Both the position numbers and the translations under genes were made by a program. From contig CAOJZV010000002.1 of assembly GCA_948466255.1 (NCBI GenBank), positions 2,874 through 66,873 on the forward strand: 64,000 bases of DNA, read 5' to 3'. Source of the DNA: an uncultured Bacillota bacterium (GTDB lineage: Bacteria > Bacillota_I > Bacilli_A > RF39 > UBA660). Positions 59,901-64,000 of this stretch are shown here, piece after piece (the first letter of the stretch is position 1; the number at the start of each line of letters is the position of its first letter). The notes under the pieces were generated by a model, which was given only the letters and a program-made list of their open reading frames with translations, was not told where the DNA came from and searched no databases.

Positions 59901-61640
59901 TTAATAAAACCAAACATACTTATTAAGTTTATAAGTAGTTCCATTTACTTTCAAATAAATATAATATTTACCACTTAAACCTTCCTCATTAATATAAGTA
60001 GTAACATCTATTTTTTTATCTTTAGAATCACCTTCAATATAAGGGCTCTCAGAAATATTAACATCATAAGTCTTTTTATCAAGAACATTATCTAAAACAA
60101 TTTTAACATCGTCATTTTTCTTAAATTTACCACTTAACACAAGTCTATTAGCATCCTTGTGTAAAGATAAATTATATTTACTAAATACAGATTCATCATT
60201 TTTCCAAAATAGAATATTTTCATTTTTAATAGTTTTTGTAATACCGATATTTCCAAGTCTTTGACCTTTACCAACTATATAAACATCACCAGCATATATA
60301 TTCATATATTTAGTACTAGATATGTTATAATCAGTATCAAACACAGAAGAAACATCATTATTAGACACTTTTTTAATTTCATTATCCATATTAACAATAA
60401 ACATTCTATCACTATAATCTAAATTAGCATCTTTAGCCTTTGTTCCTAATAAAATATTTTCAGTACTTTTAATTGTTTTGCTAACTGTATCAATTTCATA
60501 AATAGTAATATAACTATTATCTCCCTCAGTATTTATAAAAGCAAGTTTACCATCATCAGTTAAAACTAAACTAGCAGGATTCATAGGATAAACAATTTCT
60601 TCATCAGATTTTAATAAATATTTTTTATATTTTTTATCTATTTTATTTGCAATAATCCAGTTAATTTCACCACTTGTGTAATCGATATTAACAAGCATAT
60701 CTTTAGCTGTTCCACTAACAGTAATAGAATTAGTTTTAGCATCGTACACTAAAGAATTTAATTTAAACCAATTAGTATCTTTACCACTAGGTAGTAACTT
60801 ATATAAATCAATAGTTTTAACAATCGTTCCAGTATTTCTATCAATTTCAATCACATAATCCTCAATAGTTCCACCTTCAAAATCATTAGAACCTACAAGA
60901 AGATTACCATTACTAAGTTCATAAACATCATGATGATAACCACCAGGAAGATTATATTCAAAATAAATTTTGCCAAGCATATCCATTTCAACAAGGCCCA
61001 TAGAATAATAAGGTTCACTAATTAAATTATCATTTCCAAGTAAAATATGCCCATTACTTAATCTATTAAATTCCCATTTATAATTTTTAGTTAAATACCA
61101 TCTAACACATCCATTTTTATCATAACCAATAGGTTTCCCATTCAAAGAAGTAGTAAAATAAAATTCAGAACCAGTATTTTCACTATTTACAGCACTAGCA
61201 TTTTTAATATCTTCAGGCAAAGCACCTGTTTTAATTTTTAATTCTTTTACTTCATCACTAGAACTTACAATCACAGTATTTTCATATTCTGGATAAAGGC
61301 CATAAATAGGTAAAATATGTAATTTACTAGGCAAGAATGTATTAACAATATCTTCATCACCATCTTTACCTTTAACAGTTACAGTAGCAGTAGATAAATC
61401 ACTAGTTTGAAAAATAACCATAGCAGTTAACGGTGAAACTCCATAAGGATCTAAAATAACATTTGGATTTTCAATCGAATAATTTGTATTCGCTAAAATT
61501 TCATTTTCCTTAATATTTTGTATATTCAAAATATCATCAGATGTATCTACTGGTTTTGAAGCCTCAATATAATTATAAATAAGTACCAAAGCTAAAACAG
61601 TTATCGCAATTAAAATTAAATATTTATACTTACTTTTCAT
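59901..61640 (-). CDS. Aryl-sulfate sulfotransferase (ASST) family protein, membrane-anchored
   Basis: N-terminal anchor, then LDPYGVSPLTAMVIFQT (Arylsulfotran_N-like) and a beta-propeller-like region with GGYHHDVYELSNGNLLVG. The call is made from pattern recall. Confidence 0.65.
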   Translation of the reverse strand: MKSKYKYLILIAITVLALVLIYNYIEASKPVDTSDDILNIQNIKENEILANTNYSIENPNVILDPYGVSPLTAMVIFQTSDLSTATVTVKGKDGDEDIVNTFLPSKLHILPIYGLYPEYENTVIVSSSDEVKELKIKTGALPEDIKNASAVNSENTGSEFYFTTSLNGKPIGYDKNGCVRWYLTKNYKWEFNRLSNGHILLGNDNLISEPYYSMGLVEMDMLGKIYFEYNLPGGYHHDVYELSNGNLLVGSNDFEGGTIEDYVIEIDRNTGTIVKTIDLYKLLPSGKDTNWFKLNSLVYDAKTNSITVSGTAKDMLVNIDYTSGEINWIIANKIDKKYKKYLLKSDEEIVYPMNPASLVLTDDGKLAFINTEGDNSYITIYEIDTVSKTIKSTENILLGTKAKDANLDYSDRMFIVNMDNEIKKVSNNDVSSVFDTDYNISSTKYMNIYAGDVYIVGKGQRLGNIGITKTIKNENILFWKNDESVFSKYNLSLHKDANRLVLSGKFKKNDDVKIVLDNVLDKKTYDVNISESPYIEGDSKDKKIDVTTYINEEGLSGKYYIYLKVNGTTYKLNKYVWFY

Positions 61641-61648
61641 AAATCCTC

Positions 61649-62197
61649 CTAAATTAATCTTATCTCATTTTCTGAATAAAATGGTTTTTTCTTATTAATT
61701 TTGTCAAAGAATAAAATTCCATTCAAATGATCAACTTCGTGTTGAAAAGCAACCGCAAGTTCCTCTCGTAATCTTAAAGAAAGCTTATTACCATCCATAT
61801 CATAACCAGTCAAAGTAATTCTTGCATATCGTGGTACATGCCCATCCACCTCACGGTTAACACTTAAACATCCTTCACCAGTTTCCAAAGCCACCATTTC
61901 TTCTGAATGACTAATGATTTTTGGATTAACAACCACGTAATTTTCAAATTTTCCTTCTTCATATTCATAAACAATAACAATAATCCTTTTTAAAATGCCA
62001 AGTTGAGGAAAGGCAAGACCCATACCAGGTCTTAAATCATATTTTTCAGATAGTTCTTCAATTTGGCTATAGGTTAACTGTTTAATTATTTTATCAATAG
62101 TTTCTTTTTCTTTATTAGATAAAGGTAAAGTAACTTCCTTACTAATTTGACGAAGTCTTTTGTCCCTTTCATCTAAAATTTTAAGTTGCTTAAACAT
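61649..62197 (-). CDS. def: Peptide deformylase
   Basis: GLAFPQLG, EGCLS and HEVDHLNG motifs. The start at 62197 (RBS GGAAGTGA) is preferred to the track start. Confidence 0.93.
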   Translation of the reverse strand: MFKQLKILDERDKRLRQISKEVTLPLSNKEKETIDKIIKQLTYSQIEELSEKYDLRPGMGLAFPQLGILKRIIVIVYEYEEGKFENYVVVNPKIISHSEEMVALETGEGCLSVNREVDGHVPRYARITLTGYDMDGNKLSLRLREELAVAFQHEVDHLNGILFFDKINKKKPFYSENEIRLI

Positions 62198-62393
62198 TAT
62201 ATCACTTCCATATACTATAATTTTATCATATTTTGTATAAATATTTAACAAAATCCCACAAATAAAAAGACGGGTTAACATTTTTTTACTTATGGTATTA
62301 TATATTAACGTAGCTGTTAAGTCAAACTAATATATAAAATTTATAATGAATATCTATAACAAAAACAAACCATATTAAAATATAGGTGATAAT

Positions 62394-63338
62394 ATGCAAA
62401 TAAGACTAGGTTATGTATCCATTTCTTTAACATTAAATATAACAGCCTCAAGAACAATCACATACACAAATTATCAAAAACTAACTAAAGAAGAAAAAGA
62501 CGAAAAATTAAATAAAATAATAAACCAAAATTTTGAATCCTTAAAAGAAATATTAAAGTATAATTATAAAAACAACATCCATTTTTATAGATTGAGTCAT
62601 AATATGATTCCTCTAGCCACCCATCAAGAAGTAAAATATGATTACATAAATAAATATAAAGACAAATGGCAAGAAATAGGGGATTTAATTACGAAATACA
62701 ATATAAGAGTAGACATTCATCCAGACCAATTTTGTGTTTTAAATAGTAACAACAAAAAAGTACTAGAAAACACACACGAAATATTAAATTATAACTACAA
62801 TATTTTTAAAGCAATGAATTTAGAAGGAAAAATAATTCTTCACATAGGTGGGGCCTACGATAATAAAAAAGCAGCAATAAAAAGATTCAAAAATAATTTT
62901 AAAAAACTAAAACCTGAAATTCAAAAAATGATAATTATAGAAAATGATGACAAAATATATACAGTAAAAGATACAATAGAAATATGCGAAGAACTAAATA
63001 TACCAATGTGTTTAGATTATCACCATTATATTTGTAATAACAATGGAGAAGATATAAAAGAATATTTACCAAGAATATTAAACACATGGGAAGACGAAAA
63101 ACTTCCACCTAAAATGCATTTTTCCTCATCCAAAAACAAAAAAGAAAAACGTAGTCATAGTGATTATATAAATGCCCTAGACTTTATAAATTTCTTAGAT
63201 ATATTAAAAAAATACCAAAAAGATATAGATATAATGCTAGAATGCAAAGCAAAAGATGATGCACTTTTCAAACTAATAAGACTATTAAAATACCACACAA
63301 ACATAAAATTTATTAATGCTACAACCATAATTTTATAA
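62394..63338 (+). CDS. uvsE: UV damage endonuclease UvdE/UvsE
   Basis: The N-terminus MQIRLGYVSISL, the TIM-barrel pattern (FYRLSHNMIPLA, RVDIHPDQF, ILHIGG) and the length of 314 aa fit the family. Confidence 0.8.
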   Translation: MQIRLGYVSISLTLNITASRTITYTNYQKLTKEEKDEKLNKIINQNFESLKEILKYNYKNNIHFYRLSHNMIPLATHQEVKYDYINKYKDKWQEIGDLITKYNIRVDIHPDQFCVLNSNNKKVLENTHEILNYNYNIFKAMNLEGKIILHIGGAYDNKKAAIKRFKNNFKKLKPEIQKMIIIENDDKIYTVKDTIEICEELNIPMCLDYHHYICNNNGEDIKEYLPRILNTWEDEKLPPKMHFSSSKNKKEKRSHSDYINALDFINFLDILKKYQKDIDIMLECKAKDDALFKLIRLLKYHTNIKFINATTIIL

Positions 63339-63430
63339 ATAAAACTAATATTCTAAAAATAGATATTAGTTTTTTCTTGATAAAACAAATTAAATAGTGT
63401 AAAATGTATATAGATAAAATAGGTGATAGT

Positions 63431-64000
63431 ATGGGAATGTTTGATAAATTCAAAAACATCTTTAAAAAGGAAGAAAAGGAAGAAGTTGAAATTTATGACA
63501 AAGGTTTAGAAAAAACCCGAAATAATTTCTTAAATTCCTTAATAACTTTAAATAAAAGACACAACAAAATAGACGATGAATACTTTGAAGAATTAGAAGA
63601 AATATTAATTATGGCTGATATTGGTGTAAATACTGTAATGGATATAACCGAAAAACTAAAAGCCCGAGTAAAAAAAGAAAATATAGAATCAGCTGACGAA
63701 TTAAAAGAAATAATTGTTGACGAAATGTTCATCATATATGTAAATAATGATATTATCGTTAACAAAATTAATTACAATCAAACAGGACCAACCGTAATTC
63801 TATTTGTCGGAGTCAATGGTGCAGGGAAAACAACTACAATCGGTAAAATCGCTTATAAATTAAAAAACGAAGGCAAAAAAGTATTAATGGTTGCCGGAGA
63901 TACTTTTAGAGCTGGAGCTGTCGAACAATTAGTCGAATGGGGAAACAATGTTGATGTTGAAACAATATACAAAGAAAACGCTGATCCAGTAAGTGTTATG
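63431..64000 (+). CDS. ftsY: Signal recognition particle receptor FtsY (5' part; continues beyond the window)
   Basis: Absent from the ORF track because it is truncated. Translation gives MGMFDKFKNIFKK...GLEKTRNNF...VILFVGVNGAGKTTTIGKIA...VLMVAGDTFRAGAVEQL. Confidence 0.9.
   Translation, partial: MGMFDKFKNIFKKEEKEEVEIYDKGLEKTRNNFLNSLITLNKRHNKIDDEYFEELEEILIMADIGVNTVMDITEKLKARVKKENIESADELKEIIVDEMFIIYVNNDIIVNKINYNQTGPTVILFVGVNGAGKTTTIGKIAYKLKNEGKKVLMVAGDTFRAGAVEQLVEWGNNVDVETIYKENADPVSVM

Overview
This is a very AT-rich chromosomal segment that uses the standard genetic code (TGA serves as a stop codon). It comes from a spore-forming low-GC Firmicute with Bacilli/Erysipelotrichia-like gene order. 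All calls come from manual reading, remembered family motifs and the supplied ORF track; no database search was run.

The window is mostly core housekeeping in Bacillus-like synteny:
- dnaB-dnaI, then a T-box, an unknown ORF and thrS, followed by lysS.
- spoIVFA-spoIVFB-rplU-prp-rpmA, and nusB-xseA-xseB.
- smc and ftsY, here separated by an 8.9 kb block.
- rnc, yebC-like, eno, purA, murF, rnj, def, gpmA and tcdA.

Interspersed accessory content:
- A BceRS/BceAB-type peptide-antibiotic sensing and detoxification module.
- A heterodimeric ABC exporter pair, a PadR operon, a LysM amidase and a polysaccharide deacetylase.
- Sporulation genes (spoIIIAH-like, gerE, gerM-like, spoIVFA/FB) and a collagen-like BclA-type gene.
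- Four dispersed type IV/ComGC-like prepilin genes plus one Flp-like pilin, with no assembly machinery in the window.
- A frameshifted Rpn/PD-(D/E)XK transposase-like gene with a tandemly duplicated 3' end.
- Two tRNA-Arg genes and one atypical tRNA-Thr.

The most interesting unexplained signals:
1. A candidate type I toxin-antitoxin locus at about 41.2-41.5 kb. It has a 25-aa hydrophobic ORF, a 5'/3' fold-back and a convergent antisense RNA.
2. Three tandem paralogs built from a 28-aa repeat that I cannot assign to any family (54.9-57.1 kb).
3. A 60-nt tRNA-Trp-like element forming the 5' leader of a histidine-phosphatase gene.
4. A G7 tract inside the promoter of a secreted-protein gene.
5. 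A T-box controlling an unknown ORF plus a thrS that lacks the TGS domain.

I found no CRISPR array, integrase, prophage or recognisable defence system.
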